Shown here: positions 49,420 through 59,737 of the stretch, in pieces
How positions within the stretch are numbered: position 1 is the first letter of the stretch
Layout of the letters: each line of letters opens with the position of its first letter
Source: Chthonomonadaceae bacterium
Lineage (GTDB): Bacteria; Armatimonadota; Chthonomonadetes; Chthonomonadales; Chthonomonadaceae
NCBI GenBank assembly: GCA_035650735.1
Contig: DASRGZ010000143.1
Location: 1-64,000, forward strand
Length of the DNA stretch: 64,000 bases
Direction: 5' to 3'
Program-made: the position numbers and the translations under genes
Notes under the pieces: model-generated
What the model saw: the letters and a program-made list of their open reading frames with translations, nothing else
Databases searched by the model: none
What the model was told of the DNA's origin: nothing

Positions 49420-50679
49420 ATGGATTTGCTCAAAGCCGCATCCGCCTCGCCCGCCGACGCTGCGACGGAGGCGAGGCTGCGACTGGACTGGCAACTGTTC
49501 ACTGCTCTGACCTTTTTGTTCTCTTTCGGATTCGCCGTCTACTCCGGGGTCTTTCAGAACTTCCTGCGGGACGTGCTGCACGCCAACGCCCTGCAGCTTG
49601 GGGAGCTGGAATCCCTGCGCGAGATACCGGGCCTGCTGGCGGCGCTGATGGCCGGAACGCTGGTGGCGCTGGCCGAGTCGCGCGTGGCCGGATTGGGCCT
49701 GCTCATCACGGCCATTGGCATCGGCTTGAGCGGATCGGTATCGGGATACGGAGCGCTGATCGCCATCACCGTCTTCTGGTCGGTCGGCTTTCACCTCTGG
49801 GCCTCGGTGCAGTCGGCTATCACGCTGGCGCTGGCGCGCGGACGGGAGGGTGGGCGACACCTGGGCCGGATGTCGGCGGTAGGCTCGGCGGCGACGCTGG
49901 CCGCGCTCGGCCTCGCGACCCTGCTGGCGCGCCTGGCCCCCAAGCTCCATTACACCGTCTACTTCGCCCTGGCGGGCGTCTGCATCTTCGCTGCCGCCGC
50001 GCTCTGCTCCCGCCTTTCCACGCACGCAGAAGGCGCGCCCCGCGCGCGCCTCATCCTGCGCCGTGAGTACAGCCTCTACTACCTGCTCACCTTCCTGGAG
50101 GGCTGCCGCCGGCAGATATTCAGCATCTTCGCCTCTTTTGCCCTGATTCTGGTCTATCACGTCAAGCTCGGGCCGATGCTGACCCTCCAGTTCATCAACG
50201 CCATTCTAATCTCTATTACCGCGCCCGCCATCGGCAAGCTCATAGACAGGCGCGGCGAGCGCAGCCCGTTGACCTTCTACAGCGTCGGCCTCATCGTCGT
50301 CTTCCTGGGCTACGCCACCTTCCAGAACGTCGGCGCGCTCTACGCCCTCTTCCTGATTGATAATGTGCTCTTCTCCTTCGGCGTCGGCTTTACGACCTAC
50401 CTGCATCGAATCGTCCGCCCCAACGAGCTGACGCCCTGCCTGGCCATGGGCACGACGATGAACCATATCGCCGCCGTGACCGTGCCGGTAGGCGGGGCCT
50501 GGCTCTGGCAGCACTATCACAACTACCAGCTTCCGTTCTGGGTGGGGGTCGGGATCGCCTGCGTCTCCCTGATCGCCACGCGCTGGCTGCCGCGCGAAGC
50601 GGCCCTGCCCGCGCCCACCATCGCGCTCACGCCCGAAACGCCGCCGCAGGAAGAGACGGCCCCCATCGTCACGCCCTGA
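49420..50679 (+). CDS. MFS transporter
   Basis: About 12 hydrophobic segments; GKLIDRRGER loop motif. Confidence 0.88.
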   Translation: MDLLKAASASPADAATEARLRLDWQLFTALTFLFSFGFAVYSGVFQNFLRDVLHANALQLGELESLREIPGLLAALMAGTLVALAESRVAGLGLLITAIGIGLSGSVSGYGALIAITVFWSVGFHLWASVQSAITLALARGREGGRHLGRMSAVGSAATLAALGLATLLARLAPKLHYTVYFALAGVCIFAAAALCSRLSTHAEGAPRARLILRREYSLYYLLTFLEGCRRQIFSIFASFALILVYHVKLGPMLTLQFINAILISITAPAIGKLIDRRGERSPLTFYSVGLIVVFLGYATFQNVGALYALFLIDNVLFSFGVGFTTYLHRIVRPNELTPCLAMGTTMNHIAAVTVPVGGAWLWQHYHNYQLPFWVGVGIACVSLIATRWLPREAALPAPTIALTPETPPQEETAPIVTP

Positions 50680-50775
50680 TGGCTCTATCGCGTGCCTTCC
50701 TGTAAGTTCCGGGAACCTTTTCTCCAGAACAACCGACAGATGTGTATTGATTTTTGACGGTGATAGGAGGGCACC

Positions 50776-51228
50776 ATGAGCCAGAGAGAACATAACTCCC
50801 ATGCCCGGATGGGTAACGAGGCCGCTAACGGGCGCACCGCAAACCTGCGCGATTCGCCTATGATGGCGCATCTGCTGGACGCCCTGGAGTCCGGCAAAGA
50901 CATCGGCCACTACGGGCGGCTTGTCTTTGCGATGGTGGCGCGATTCTTCCTGCCGGAGGACGAGATCGTGCGCCTGCTGGCTGCCCAGCCGGATCAGAAC
51001 GAGGAGAAGGCGCGGGCGATGCTGCTCCAGGTTAAAGAGCGCAACTACAACCCACCCAGGCGGGAGCGCATTCTGGAGTGGCAGGCGCGGCAGGATTTCC
51101 CGATCTGCCCGACTCCCGACGATCCGCGAAGCTGCAACGTCTATAGCGAATTGCAGTTCCCGGAAGACATCTACGGCCAGATCGAGGAGTTCTACGAGGA
51201 GCAGGTGGAGGCGCAGCACGCTTCCTGA
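50776..51228 (+). CDS. Hypothetical protein resembling the primase large-subunit C-terminal domain
   Basis: AGGAGG RBS; PMMAHLL..GKDIGHYGRL..YNPP..CP..C. Confidence 0.6.
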   Translation: MSQREHNSHARMGNEAANGRTANLRDSPMMAHLLDALESGKDIGHYGRLVFAMVARFFLPEDEIVRLLAAQPDQNEEKARAMLLQVKERNYNPPRRERILEWQARQDFPICPTPDDPRSCNVYSELQFPEDIYGQIEEFYEEQVEAQHAS

Positions 51229-51258
51229 ATCGCTTCGGAGGGCAGACCTCACCCCGGC

Positions 51259-51467
51259 CTACTGCCAGGGTCGCGCCTGCAATGGTTGGGCCACTGCTAG
51301 GGTCGGCAAGGTTACGGCCCTTGCCTCCGCCTAGCGAGGCCACCCCTCTCCTTCGCAAGGAGAGGGGAGAACGAGAGTAGCCCGGCCCCTCTCCTTCGCA
51401 AGGAGAGGGGCCGGGGGTGAGGTCTCTCCCCTCTCCCGCAGCGTCGGGAGAGGGGGAGGGGTGAGGG
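51259..51467. repeat. Composite repeat cluster between convergent genes
   Basis: Inverted match to about 6360-6455; CCCCTCTCCTTCGCAAGGAGAGGGG x2; CCCCTCTCCCG..CGGGAGAGGGG. Confidence 0.8.
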
Positions 51468-51471
51468 CCTG

Positions 51472-52476
51472 CTACTCGGCGCTGGCGCCGACGGCGGTGA
51501 TGGGTGGTGTCTCCGGCAGCGCCGCCCCCTCCGTCGCCGAGAAGAAATTAATCGCCGTGTGGTTGAAATCGTCTGCCTCTTCGTCGTGGGGCAGCATGCC
51601 GCTATGCTCGAAGATACGCAGACGCGCGTGCTGGCCCTGTTCTACGAACGCCTGCGCGTTCTCCACCGGAGATTGGCGGGCATAGCGTCCCCAGCAGATT
51701 AAGATCGGCTGCGTCACCTGCGGATAGACGGCGGTGAGGTCGCAGTCGAGCAGCCCCGCCAGGAACGAGCGCAGGGCGTACTGCGCGCCGGGCTGATGCG
51801 CCGACTGATAGTAGTGCTCGACCAGCGCAGGCGTCACGCGCGTCGGATCCACATACAGGTTCTCCCGCAGGTAAGACTCGATGTAATTATAGGAGGCAAT
51901 GCCGTTGTAGACGGATTTCCCAAGAGCCGGCAGGCTGAACAGGCCGTAGACGGCCTGACTCACGCCGGGGAGCGGACGACGAAGCTGCTGAAGCCCCGTT
52001 GGGCAGATCAGCACTAGCTTTTCGATTAGCTCTGGGCGCTGCGCCGCAAGTTTCACCGCGTAGGCGCCGCTCAGGGAGCTAGCGATCACAAACGCCGGCT
52101 GCTGCACGACATCCCGCAGGAAATCCATTAGGGCCAGGATGTAGAGGTCGGCGGTGTAGGTAATGTCCCGGCGCTCCGACTTGCCGAAGCCGGGCAGATC
52201 CAGCGCATAGACGCGAAAATGCTCCGAGAGCATATCAAAGTTGTGCCGCCACTCGTAGGACGACTCTCCCGCCCCGATGCCGTGCACCAACACCAGCGGA
52301 GTTCCCTGGCCGCGCACCTGGTAGTAGATGCGCCCCATCGGCCAGGCGTATTCCCCGCCATCGCCAGGCAGGGCCGTCAGAACCTCTCGCCGCCGAAGCG
52401 AGATCGCGTAGTTGATGGCGGCAGGCACCGCGAAGGCAACCCCGGTCCACAGGGCAGCGCGCCATAGCCTGTTCAT
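51472..52476 (-). CDS. Alpha/beta hydrolase fold protein with N-terminal anchor
   Basis: LVHGIG, DLPGFGKS, ASSLSG elbow, PHDE. Confidence 0.88.
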   Translation of the reverse strand: MNRLWRAALWTGVAFAVPAAINYAISLRRREVLTALPGDGGEYAWPMGRIYYQVRGQGTPLVLVHGIGAGESSYEWRHNFDMLSEHFRVYALDLPGFGKSERRDITYTADLYILALMDFLRDVVQQPAFVIASSLSGAYAVKLAAQRPELIEKLVLICPTGLQQLRRPLPGVSQAVYGLFSLPALGKSVYNGIASYNYIESYLRENLYVDPTRVTPALVEHYYQSAHQPGAQYALRSFLAGLLDCDLTAVYPQVTQPILICWGRYARQSPVENAQAFVEQGQHARLRIFEHSGMLPHDEEADDFNHTAINFFSATEGAALPETPPITAVGASAE

Positions 52477-52630
52477 CGCCCTCCCTCCTTCCCAAAAGCA
52501 AAACCTTCCGGTTGGTTTAAAAGGCTTGTCCCTGCACCCTATACCGCAAAACCTTCAAGTTGTTTAAAAGACTCGCGCCCTGGAAACGCAGGCAGGCGGA
52601 ATCAGAGCGCGACACCGTCAAGTTGTTGGC

Positions 52631-53494
52631 TTAAAAGCCTTCCACGTAGGTAGCGCCGTATTTGGTCAATAGATCTCGTATCTTCGCTTCGCTCACCTGT
52701 CCGGTCACCTCTACGCTCAGGATCGGGCCGCCCGTCTCCATGTGCTCGCTCAGCCGACGCGCCGGCTCCGGCGGCAGGCCCATATCCGTGAGATAGCCGT
52801 AGATGCCGCCCGCAATGCCGCCCGCCGCGCCGGTCGCCGCCGCCAGGCCCGCGATCAGCGCGCCGGCGCCCGCCACAAGCCCGAAGCCGGGCACCGTCAC
52901 CGCCGCGATACCCAGCAGCGCACCCAGGCCGATCCCGATGCCGGCCCCTTCCAGCGCGCCCTTGGCCGCATCTCCGCCCGTGCTCGGGCTGATGCCGGTC
53001 GCCGCGTAGGGCTCCTTGCGGTTCTGATCGATGATGTGGGGCGCGTGATCGGTCTGCACCATATCTATCGGGACATCGCCGGCCAGCGTGGGCCGCTCGG
53101 TAGCGGACACCGCGACCGCCGGCTGCACGCCCGCCACGTTGACCGCAGGCGGCTTGCTGTCCGGGAGGACGGCTCCCGTCGTACCGTAGGTAGAGGCCGT
53201 TGTATTATCCTCCGCAAGATGCCTATCCTGCGCCAGCCCGGTGGCAATCGGGTTGGAGACGCCCGGCGTCTGCGGAATCGCCACGTCGGGGGTCGGAACA
53301 TCCTGCGGCACAGCACCCGGAGTCGGGCCTACCGGCGGCAGTCGATCCTCCATCTCATGGTGCTCAGGATGGGCCACACGCCGGGGCATAATATAGCTAA
53401 GCGCTTCGGCAGGGACGCCGTGATCCATCAGCGCGCCTGCCGCGCGCTCGGCGTCGTTGCCGGTCGGAAATGTTGCGTAGATAGTTCTCGCCAT
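52631..53494 (-). CDS. General-stress/glycine-zipper membrane protein
   Basis: ATFPT..AERA..L; GAGIGIGLGALLG..PGFG..AG; GGIYGYLTDMGLP. Confidence 0.75.
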   Translation of the reverse strand: MARTIYATFPTGNDAERAAGALMDHGVPAEALSYIMPRRVAHPEHHEMEDRLPPVGPTPGAVPQDVPTPDVAIPQTPGVSNPIATGLAQDRHLAEDNTTASTYGTTGAVLPDSKPPAVNVAGVQPAVAVSATERPTLAGDVPIDMVQTDHAPHIIDQNRKEPYAATGISPSTGGDAAKGALEGAGIGIGLGALLGIAAVTVPGFGLVAGAGALIAGLAAATGAAGGIAGGIYGYLTDMGLPPEPARRLSEHMETGGPILSVEVTGQVSEAKIRDLLTKYGATYVEGF

Positions 53495-53894
53495 GGTCGC
53501 CTCTCCATAGGCAGCGCCTCGCAAGCGTGGTTTAAGGAGGAAGAAAAGCCTTTGCTCTTTTCCTCACTTCATCCCTATCGTGGGGCAACCACGCGTGAAG
53601 GCCATGCCGCTCCACTGTTCTGCCGACGAATTTATAGGGAGGACGATGGGCAAACGAGCGGGGTTCCCAAATGTAGGCCGGCAGGTTCGGCCAGGGCCAT
53701 CCCCGCCGATGCGACCGCCCAATAACGGAACCTGCGGCGGGGAACAGGCGTCTGTTTCATAAGGGCCGTTCAAGGAAGGCTCCACGCCGGAGGACTCGCC
53801 TCGACACACGCCGGCGGATGCCGTTGGCCTGAATGGGCCCGCTCTTCCGACCCCTGCGTACATTATTGCCTTGTTTGAGGAAAGGGAACACAGG

Positions 53895-54173
53895 ATGACA
53901 CCAATCTGGCTGGATGGGTTCAAGGGACAGCATGTCACGGTCTACTCCAGCGCCGGAGACGACGAGCGCACGGATACCGGCACGCTGGCACAGATAGGAG
54001 ACGGCTGGCTGCAATTAATCAAAGACAACGGGGAGAATATGCTCTACCCCTACTCGGCGGTGCGCGTCGTCAAGCTTCTGGATCTGGCTCAGACCACGCC
54101 CGCGCTGCGCGCGGAGCCGGGCGGTCCCGTGGATACGCGTATCTACGAGCCCAACGCGCAAACGCTGCCCTGA
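53895..54173 (+). CDS. Small protein with a possible Sm/SH3-like beta-barrel
   Basis: GQHVTV..GTL..GDGWLQL..LYPYSAVRVV. Confidence 0.6.
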   Translation: MTPIWLDGFKGQHVTVYSSAGDDERTDTGTLAQIGDGWLQLIKDNGENMLYPYSAVRVVKLLDLAQTTPALRAEPGGPVDTRIYEPNAQTLP

Positions 54174-54267
54174 TCGATCTGGTACCCAAGAATCACGACA
54201 GGGACGGCGCGTTCATATACGCGCCGTCCCTGCGGAGTGGACGCAAACGGAGAGGAAGATACGGGGC

Positions 54268-54474
54268 CTAATTGATCAGGCGCTGCCGCACCATATAGCG
54301 GAAGATAGCCGCTCGCTCCTCTTCGGGAAACTCGCGCACGGTAGAGCAGATCTCTAACTTGCGCTGCTTGCACCACTGGACGAACTGCTCGTCGGTGAAG
54401 TAATAGATCCATGTCGGAACCCGAACCATCGGCTCCTGATTCTCTTGCGTGCGTTCGGGCGATACTTGCGTCAT
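54268..54474 (-). CDS. Small hypothetical protein
   Basis: GAGG RBS, protein-like 68-aa ORF. Confidence 0.55.
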   Translation of the reverse strand: MTQVSPERTQENQEPMVRVPTWIYYFTDEQFVQWCKQRKLEICSTVREFPEEERAAIFRYMVRQRLIN

Positions 54475-54698
54475 TCTCTTGCCTCGATCTTTCCTTGGCC
54501 AGCGAGTAACGGTAAGGATTCTCTCTCGCTCCGCCGGGAGATCCGGCGGGAAGAGAGAAACAGGACAGCCAAGCTGCGCTGGCCGCAGGCCCTTGCGCTA
54601 TCCACGGTTCGTATCGTTTGGCAGCCGGAAGGCGCCTCCATACGCCCTCCGGCATTTTCTCTGTTTATCCCTTTCGGCTAAACACAAGCCCTCTTGTT

Positions 54699-54737
54699 CC
54701 GCTCGAACGCCTCTCTATACGCGAAGCGTTCGAGCGG
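54699..54737. terminator. Hairpin downstream of the HtrA gene
   Basis: CCGCTCGAACGC..GCGTTCGAGCGG. Confidence 0.5.
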
Positions 54738-54744
54738 GGAGATA

Positions 54745-56274
54745 TTAATCGAGATTGATCTGGGCCAGCACCGTCTGCTGACCGCGCCGAATAATCGCTG
54801 AAACGGACGTGTCGCTCTTGAGGTTACGCACCGCCGCGCTCAGATCGCTGGCATTGGTAATGGCCTTGCCGTCGAGCCGCTCGATGACGTCGCCGGGCTG
54901 AATGCCGGCATCCGAGGCCGGGCTGCCGGGAACCACTTCGACGACCAGCGCGCCGGGCCGTCCGTTGCCCTTCAGGCCGAGCTGCTGCCGGACCTCGGCG
55001 TTGTTGGCGTCCGCCACGGAGACGCCGAGCCGGGCCCTGGTATCGGACTTGGCCGGGGTCTCGTTCTGGGCGACCTGCTCCGCCGGGAACGTACCGACCG
55101 TCACGTTGATCGTGCGCTCGGCATTGCCGCGCTTGACGACCACCGGCACCGTCTCGCCCGGTCTGGTGCGCGCTACCATCTCGCGCAGGCTGGCATCGTC
55201 GGTCACGGGCTTGCCGTCATAGCGGATGATCACATCCTCGACCTGGAAGCCTGCCTTGGCCGCCGGGGTGCCATCCTGGACGGAGACGACCAGCGCGCCC
55301 TCGTTGACGCCGTAGCGCTGCTTCTCGTCATAGCTGAGCGTCTTGGGAGCCAGCCCCAGGTAGCCCCGCGTCACGGAGCCCTTGGTCATGAGCTGCTCCA
55401 TAACATACTTGGCCGTGTTAGACGGGATCGCGAAGCCAATGCCGACGTTGCCCCCGCTCGGGGACTCGATGGCGACGTTAATGCCGATCACGCGCCCGAA
55501 GATGTCCACCAGCGGGCCGCCGGAGTTGCCAGGATTGATGCTGGCGTCGGTCTGGATCAGGCGCGGATAGAGCCGCGCTTCGCTGCCGCTGCCGATGGCC
55601 TGCTCGCGATTGAGGGCCGAGACGACGCCGACGGTCATGGTATCGCTCAGGCCGAACGGAGCGCCGAAGGCGATGGCGAACTGACCGATATGGACCTGAT
55701 CGGAGTCGCCCAGTTCCGCCGCCGGCAGGCCGGTCGCGTTGATCTTAACCAGGGCCAGGTCGTCGAGGGAAGAGCTCTTGACCTGCCCGACGAACTCCCG
55801 CCCATCCTGCAGCCGCACCGTGACCTTATCTGCGCCATCAATGACGTGCGCGTTGGTAAGGATATAGCCGTCTCCGCGCACGATCACGCCGGAGCCGCTG
55901 GCATAGGCGTGGCGCGGGAAGGTGGGCGGCATCATGCGGAACTGCCCTCCGCCAGGACCGCCCGGAAAGCCGGGAAACATAAAGCCAAACGGATTGTTAT
56001 CGCCGTCATCCTGGTCGGCGCCACGCCGCAGCTGCGGCGCGCTGGCCGTCTGGCGGCTGCGGATGAAGACTACAGAGGGCCGCAGCCGGTCTGCAACCTG
56101 CTGAAAAGCGTTCTGTAGACTAAGCACCTGGGCTGGGGGCTGGACGGGAGGCGGCGCTGAGACGTTCTGCCCCGCGTTGCCGCGCAAACCAACTGCGGCG
56201 ATTGCGCCCAGCGCGAACACGCCAGCCAGGGACATTGCACGCAGCCCGCGATTCTGCCACCGCGTAGAAACCAT
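54745..56274 (-). CDS. HtrA/DegP-DegQ serine protease with two PDZ domains
   Basis: GSGVI, TNAHV, DLA, QTDASINPGNSGG, two PDZ domains. Confidence 0.95.
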   Translation of the reverse strand: MVSTRWQNRGLRAMSLAGVFALGAIAAVGLRGNAGQNVSAPPPVQPPAQVLSLQNAFQQVADRLRPSVVFIRSRQTASAPQLRRGADQDDGDNNPFGFMFPGFPGGPGGGQFRMMPPTFPRHAYASGSGVIVRGDGYILTNAHVIDGADKVTVRLQDGREFVGQVKSSSLDDLALVKINATGLPAAELGDSDQVHIGQFAIAFGAPFGLSDTMTVGVVSALNREQAIGSGSEARLYPRLIQTDASINPGNSGGPLVDIFGRVIGINVAIESPSGGNVGIGFAIPSNTAKYVMEQLMTKGSVTRGYLGLAPKTLSYDEKQRYGVNEGALVVSVQDGTPAAKAGFQVEDVIIRYDGKPVTDDASLREMVARTRPGETVPVVVKRGNAERTINVTVGTFPAEQVAQNETPAKSDTRARLGVSVADANNAEVRQQLGLKGNGRPGALVVEVVPGSPASDAGIQPGDVIERLDGKAITNASDLSAAVRNLKSDTSVSAIIRRGQQTVLAQINLD

Positions 56275-56560
56275 CCTCTTTCTCTCCTTCACTATCCGCA
56301 AAATTACAGGGCGCGCTTCCGGGGGTCGCAACGAAACGATAGCCCTGCAGGAAACCCACCCGCGCACGTTGTCCGGTAGATATTTGACACGCCTTGCGGG
56401 CGTCTTTGCTCTAGGATTAAATACGAGAAGCGCAGGTTGGCGTGTTTCCACAAACAGCAGAAACTACCGGAAATTGTTGAGAAATCTTAACTAAATCCAA
56501 AGCGGGGCCTGAGGGGGACGAGAGAGGGCGCGTTTTCTCCGTAAAGACAAACCAAACGAA

Positions 56561-56730
56561 AAACCAAAACCTCCAACAGGATAACAGGATTTTACAGGAT
56601 TAAACAGGATTTCTCAAACCTACCCAACCGAGTACCTGTTCCTCTGGACTTCAAGCTGATTGGAGGGCTTCTGTCTTTTGTCTTCATCCTGTAAATCCTG
56701 AGTAATCCTGTTCATCCGGTTGGAGGTTTT
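56561..56730. repeat. CAGGAT/ATCCTG periodic palindromic element, copy 3
   Basis: AAAACCTCCAACAGGAT..ATCCGGTTGGAGGTTTT ends with four units per arm. Confidence 0.85.
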
Positions 56731-57335
56731 TATTTGATGGCGCGCAGATCGACGACGAAGATGAGGGTGGAGTTGGGTGGGATGGTGCCATCCGGCGTGC
56801 CGGACGCTCCATAACCCAGGTCAGGGGGGACAGTGAGCTTGCGCTTGCCTCCGACGCGCATCCCGGCGACGCCCTCATCCCAGCCTTTGATGACCTGGCC
56901 CGCCCCCAGAGGGAACTCAAACGGCCCGCCGTGTTTGCTGGAGGCGTCGAACTCCGTGCCATCCGCCAGCGTGCCCACGTAATCTACAGCCACCGTCTGG
57001 CCGGGCTTGGCTTCAGGCCCCGTCCCCACCACAATATCCTCGTACTTCAGCCCGTCGGGCAGGGTGACCACCTTGCCGGCGGCGGCCTTGGCCGTCGGTT
57101 TGGTCCCGGCTTTGGGCGCTGCCGGCGCTTTCGCCGGTTTCGACGCTGTAGCGGTCTCCGGCGCTTTGGGAGTTGACGGCACCTTCGCCTCCGCCGGCGG
57201 AGACGTTTCCGCCGTTCTGGGCGTCTCCGTAGCCTGGGGGGGTGCTGCCGGCCTCTCTACCTCGGTGGTTTGTTTGCAGGCAAAGCTGCCGGCCATCAAT
57301 GCCGCGCCTAGTAGCGCAATGTAAAGTCTTCGCAT
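56730..57335 (-). CDS. FKBP-type peptidyl-prolyl isomerase, lipoprotein
   Basis: Lipobox SFA-C; VDYVGTL, FDAS, VIKGWDEG, IPPNSTLIF. Confidence 0.93.
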   Translation of the reverse strand: MRRLYIALLGAALMAGSFACKQTTEVERPAAPPQATETPRTAETSPPAEAKVPSTPKAPETATASKPAKAPAAPKAGTKPTAKAAAGKVVTLPDGLKYEDIVVGTGPEAKPGQTVAVDYVGTLADGTEFDASSKHGGPFEFPLGAGQVIKGWDEGVAGMRVGGKRKLTVPPDLGYGASGTPDGTIPPNSTLIFVVDLRAIK

Positions 57336-57510
57336 GGGGGTTACATCTCCTGCAAGGGCACGTCTCTGGGACGCCCGGTGTAATGGCAATCACAGGCTTG
57401 TTCGTGCCGGAGGAAGCGTTTTCCTGCCTTGAGGAGATCCGGCGCTCAATGGCGAATAGACCCCTGCATTGGCGTTTTCAGGAATCCCGCAACGCGGGAA
57501 AGAGAGGAAG

Positions 57511-59538
57511 ATGGCAGGCAGGACCAACCAGCGCAAGACGGAGATAGCCACCGATACGCCCGAAGCAGGCGCAGCCGTGACTCCCCGACCGCACCCTGCG
57601 CCGCTCTCCTGGCGCTCTGTGTTCATCGGACTGGCGGGGGCCGTGTTTATCAGCGCGCTGCAGGTAGCGCAGAAGGTCACCCCACGCCGCGCGCTCTTCC
57701 CCTTCCACAGCGTCTACACGCTCTTTCCCGGCGTCATCTGCCTGCTGTTTGCGCTGGCCCTGCTCAATCTGGCGCTGCGACGCTGGCGTCCACGCGCCGC
57801 CTTAAGCCCCGCCGAGTTCGCCGTCGTCTACGCCATTGCGACCGTCGCCGCCGCCATCGCCGCCCAGGATGAGCTTCAGTTTCTGCTGCCGATGTGGGTC
57901 TACCCCTTCCGCGCCTCGCAGAAGGAGGCCATGGAAGCGTTTCGGCAGTATATTCCTACCTGGCTGGTGCCGCAAGACCCGCAAATCGTCGAGCCCTACT
58001 ATATGGGCGGCGTCAACTTCTGGCAGCCGCGCCTGATCCTGGCCTGGCTGGTTCCGCTGGGGTCCTGGCTCATCTGGCTTCTGGCGCTGGGGGCGACGAT
58101 GTGGGCCTGGAACGTGATCCTGCGCCGTCGCTGGATGGACCATGACCGCCTGGAGTTTCCCTGCATCCAACTGCCCTTACAGATGTGCAAGGAAGCCGGC
58201 TTTGGCGGCATGGTTTCAGGCCGGCTGTTCTGGGGTGGCTTTCTGATCGCGGCGACCCTGGAGTCGCTGGCCCAGATCCATGATCGCTTCCCCGCCGTTC
58301 CGGCCATGCCCCTCGACTTCAACGCGACTCCGTTCCTGGAGGCCGCGCCGCCGCCCTGGAACGCGCTGGCGCCCATGTATCTGCTCTGGAGCACGCTGCA
58401 TCTGGGCGTCTGCTACTTCATCCCGCTGGATATTCTCTTTAGCGCCTGGTTCTTCTACCTGGTGCGCAAGGGGCTGGAGGTCTTTGGGCGGGCGATGGGC
58501 TGGCGCGACCTGGGCTGGGACGCCTCAGGATTCCCCTTCACGCGGGCGCAGGCGGCGGGTGCCTGGATCGCGCTGTTCTTCCTGCTGGTCTGGGCCGAAC
58601 GGCATCATCTCAAGCGCGTGCTGATGCTGGCCTTCGGGCTGGGCCGCGCTCGCGCGCGCGCAATGCTGGATGGCTCGCTCAACGATGCAGGCGAGCCGGG
58701 TTCCTACCGCTGGGCCGGGCGTATTCTGGTTGCCGGGACGCTGTTTATGGTCTTCTGGAGCGTGGCGGCGGGCATGTCGTTCTGGCTGGCCATCGCCTTC
58801 TACGGCTTTTTCTGGGCGCTCAACGTGACCATGACGCGCATCTATGCGCAGGTCGGCCCGCCCATTCTGGAGCTCTACTTCCTCGACCCGCAGAAGACCC
58901 TGACGACCCTCTTCGGCACGATGGGCCAATCGCCCGCCTCGCTGACGCACCTCTCGCTGCTCTACTGGATCAACCGGGACGACCGGGGGCAGCCGATGGC
59001 CCACCAGCTCTCCGCCTTCCGCGTCGCCAAAGCCGCCAACGTCGATCTGCGCGGCATCGGCAGGCTCGTCCTGGTGGCGTTTATGGTCGGCTGCGTGACG
59101 TGCCTGCTGGCCTATCTCTCCTGGGCCTATCGCGTCGGGGAGGATCAGTTTATGGAGGGCGGCTGGCGGGAATCGGCGGCGCCGGTGGCCGTGTCGCGCA
59201 TTCGGGATTGGGTGAACACTCCCAAAGGCCCCCGCTGGACAGAGATCGCCTATATGGCGGTTGGCGGCGGCGTGACACTGGCCCTGGCCAAGCTCAACTA
59301 CACGCTGATAGGCTTCCCGTTCCACCCCATCGGCTTTGCGCTGGCGATGTGCTTTGCGGTGGAGTACAACTGGCCTGCGTTTCTGGGAATGTGGCTGCTG
59401 AAGCTGCTCTTGCTGCGCTATGGGGGCCGCAAGCTCTACCTACGTTATGCGCCGATCTTCCTGGGCCTGATCCTGGGAGGTCTGGTGGTGCCGATGGGCT
59501 GGGGCTTTGTCGCCTGGCTATTCGAATGGTACAAGTGA
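57511..59538 (+). CDS. Multi-pass membrane protein, DUF6785/DUF6784 (OPT-like) family
   Basis: LSPAEFAVVY, RRRW..DRLEFP..LP, FPFHPIGF, LRYGG; many TM segments. Confidence 0.75.
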   Translation: MAGRTNQRKTEIATDTPEAGAAVTPRPHPAPLSWRSVFIGLAGAVFISALQVAQKVTPRRALFPFHSVYTLFPGVICLLFALALLNLALRRWRPRAALSPAEFAVVYAIATVAAAIAAQDELQFLLPMWVYPFRASQKEAMEAFRQYIPTWLVPQDPQIVEPYYMGGVNFWQPRLILAWLVPLGSWLIWLLALGATMWAWNVILRRRWMDHDRLEFPCIQLPLQMCKEAGFGGMVSGRLFWGGFLIAATLESLAQIHDRFPAVPAMPLDFNATPFLEAAPPPWNALAPMYLLWSTLHLGVCYFIPLDILFSAWFFYLVRKGLEVFGRAMGWRDLGWDASGFPFTRAQAAGAWIALFFLLVWAERHHLKRVLMLAFGLGRARARAMLDGSLNDAGEPGSYRWAGRILVAGTLFMVFWSVAAGMSFWLAIAFYGFFWALNVTMTRIYAQVGPPILELYFLDPQKTLTTLFGTMGQSPASLTHLSLLYWINRDDRGQPMAHQLSAFRVAKAANVDLRGIGRLVLVAFMVGCVTCLLAYLSWAYRVGEDQFMEGGWRESAAPVAVSRIRDWVNTPKGPRWTEIAYMAVGGGVTLALAKLNYTLIGFPFHPIGFALAMCFAVEYNWPAFLGMWLLKLLLLRYGGRKLYLRYAPIFLGLILGGLVVPMGWGFVAWLFEWYK

Positions 59539-59605
59539 GGGAGCCTCCTGCGCCCGCTTCCGCGCCATCCAGCAGACAAACGGCGATCATAACAGGACGT
59601 TTCCC

Positions 59606-59634
59606 TTGACAGGCGAACGCGGCAGTGATACAAT
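59606..59634 (+). promoter_or_regulatory. Sigma70 promoter of tRNA-Thr
   Basis: TTGACA-17 nt-TACAAT with extended -10 TG. Confidence 0.8.
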
Positions 59635-59665
59635 AGGGGAGTTCAGAACGGCAGAAATAGCTTGC

Positions 59666-59737
59666 GCCTCTGTAGCTCAGTGGTAGAGCAACCGCCTTGT
59701 AAGCGGTAGGTCGTCGGTTCGAAGCCGACCGGAGGCT
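59666..59737 (+). tRNA. tRNA-Thr(UGU), CCA not encoded
   Basis: Acceptor GCCTCTG/CGGAGGC; D arm GCTC..GAGC; ACCGC-CT-TGT-AA-GCGGT; GTCGG-TTCGAAG-CCGAC. Confidence 0.95.
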
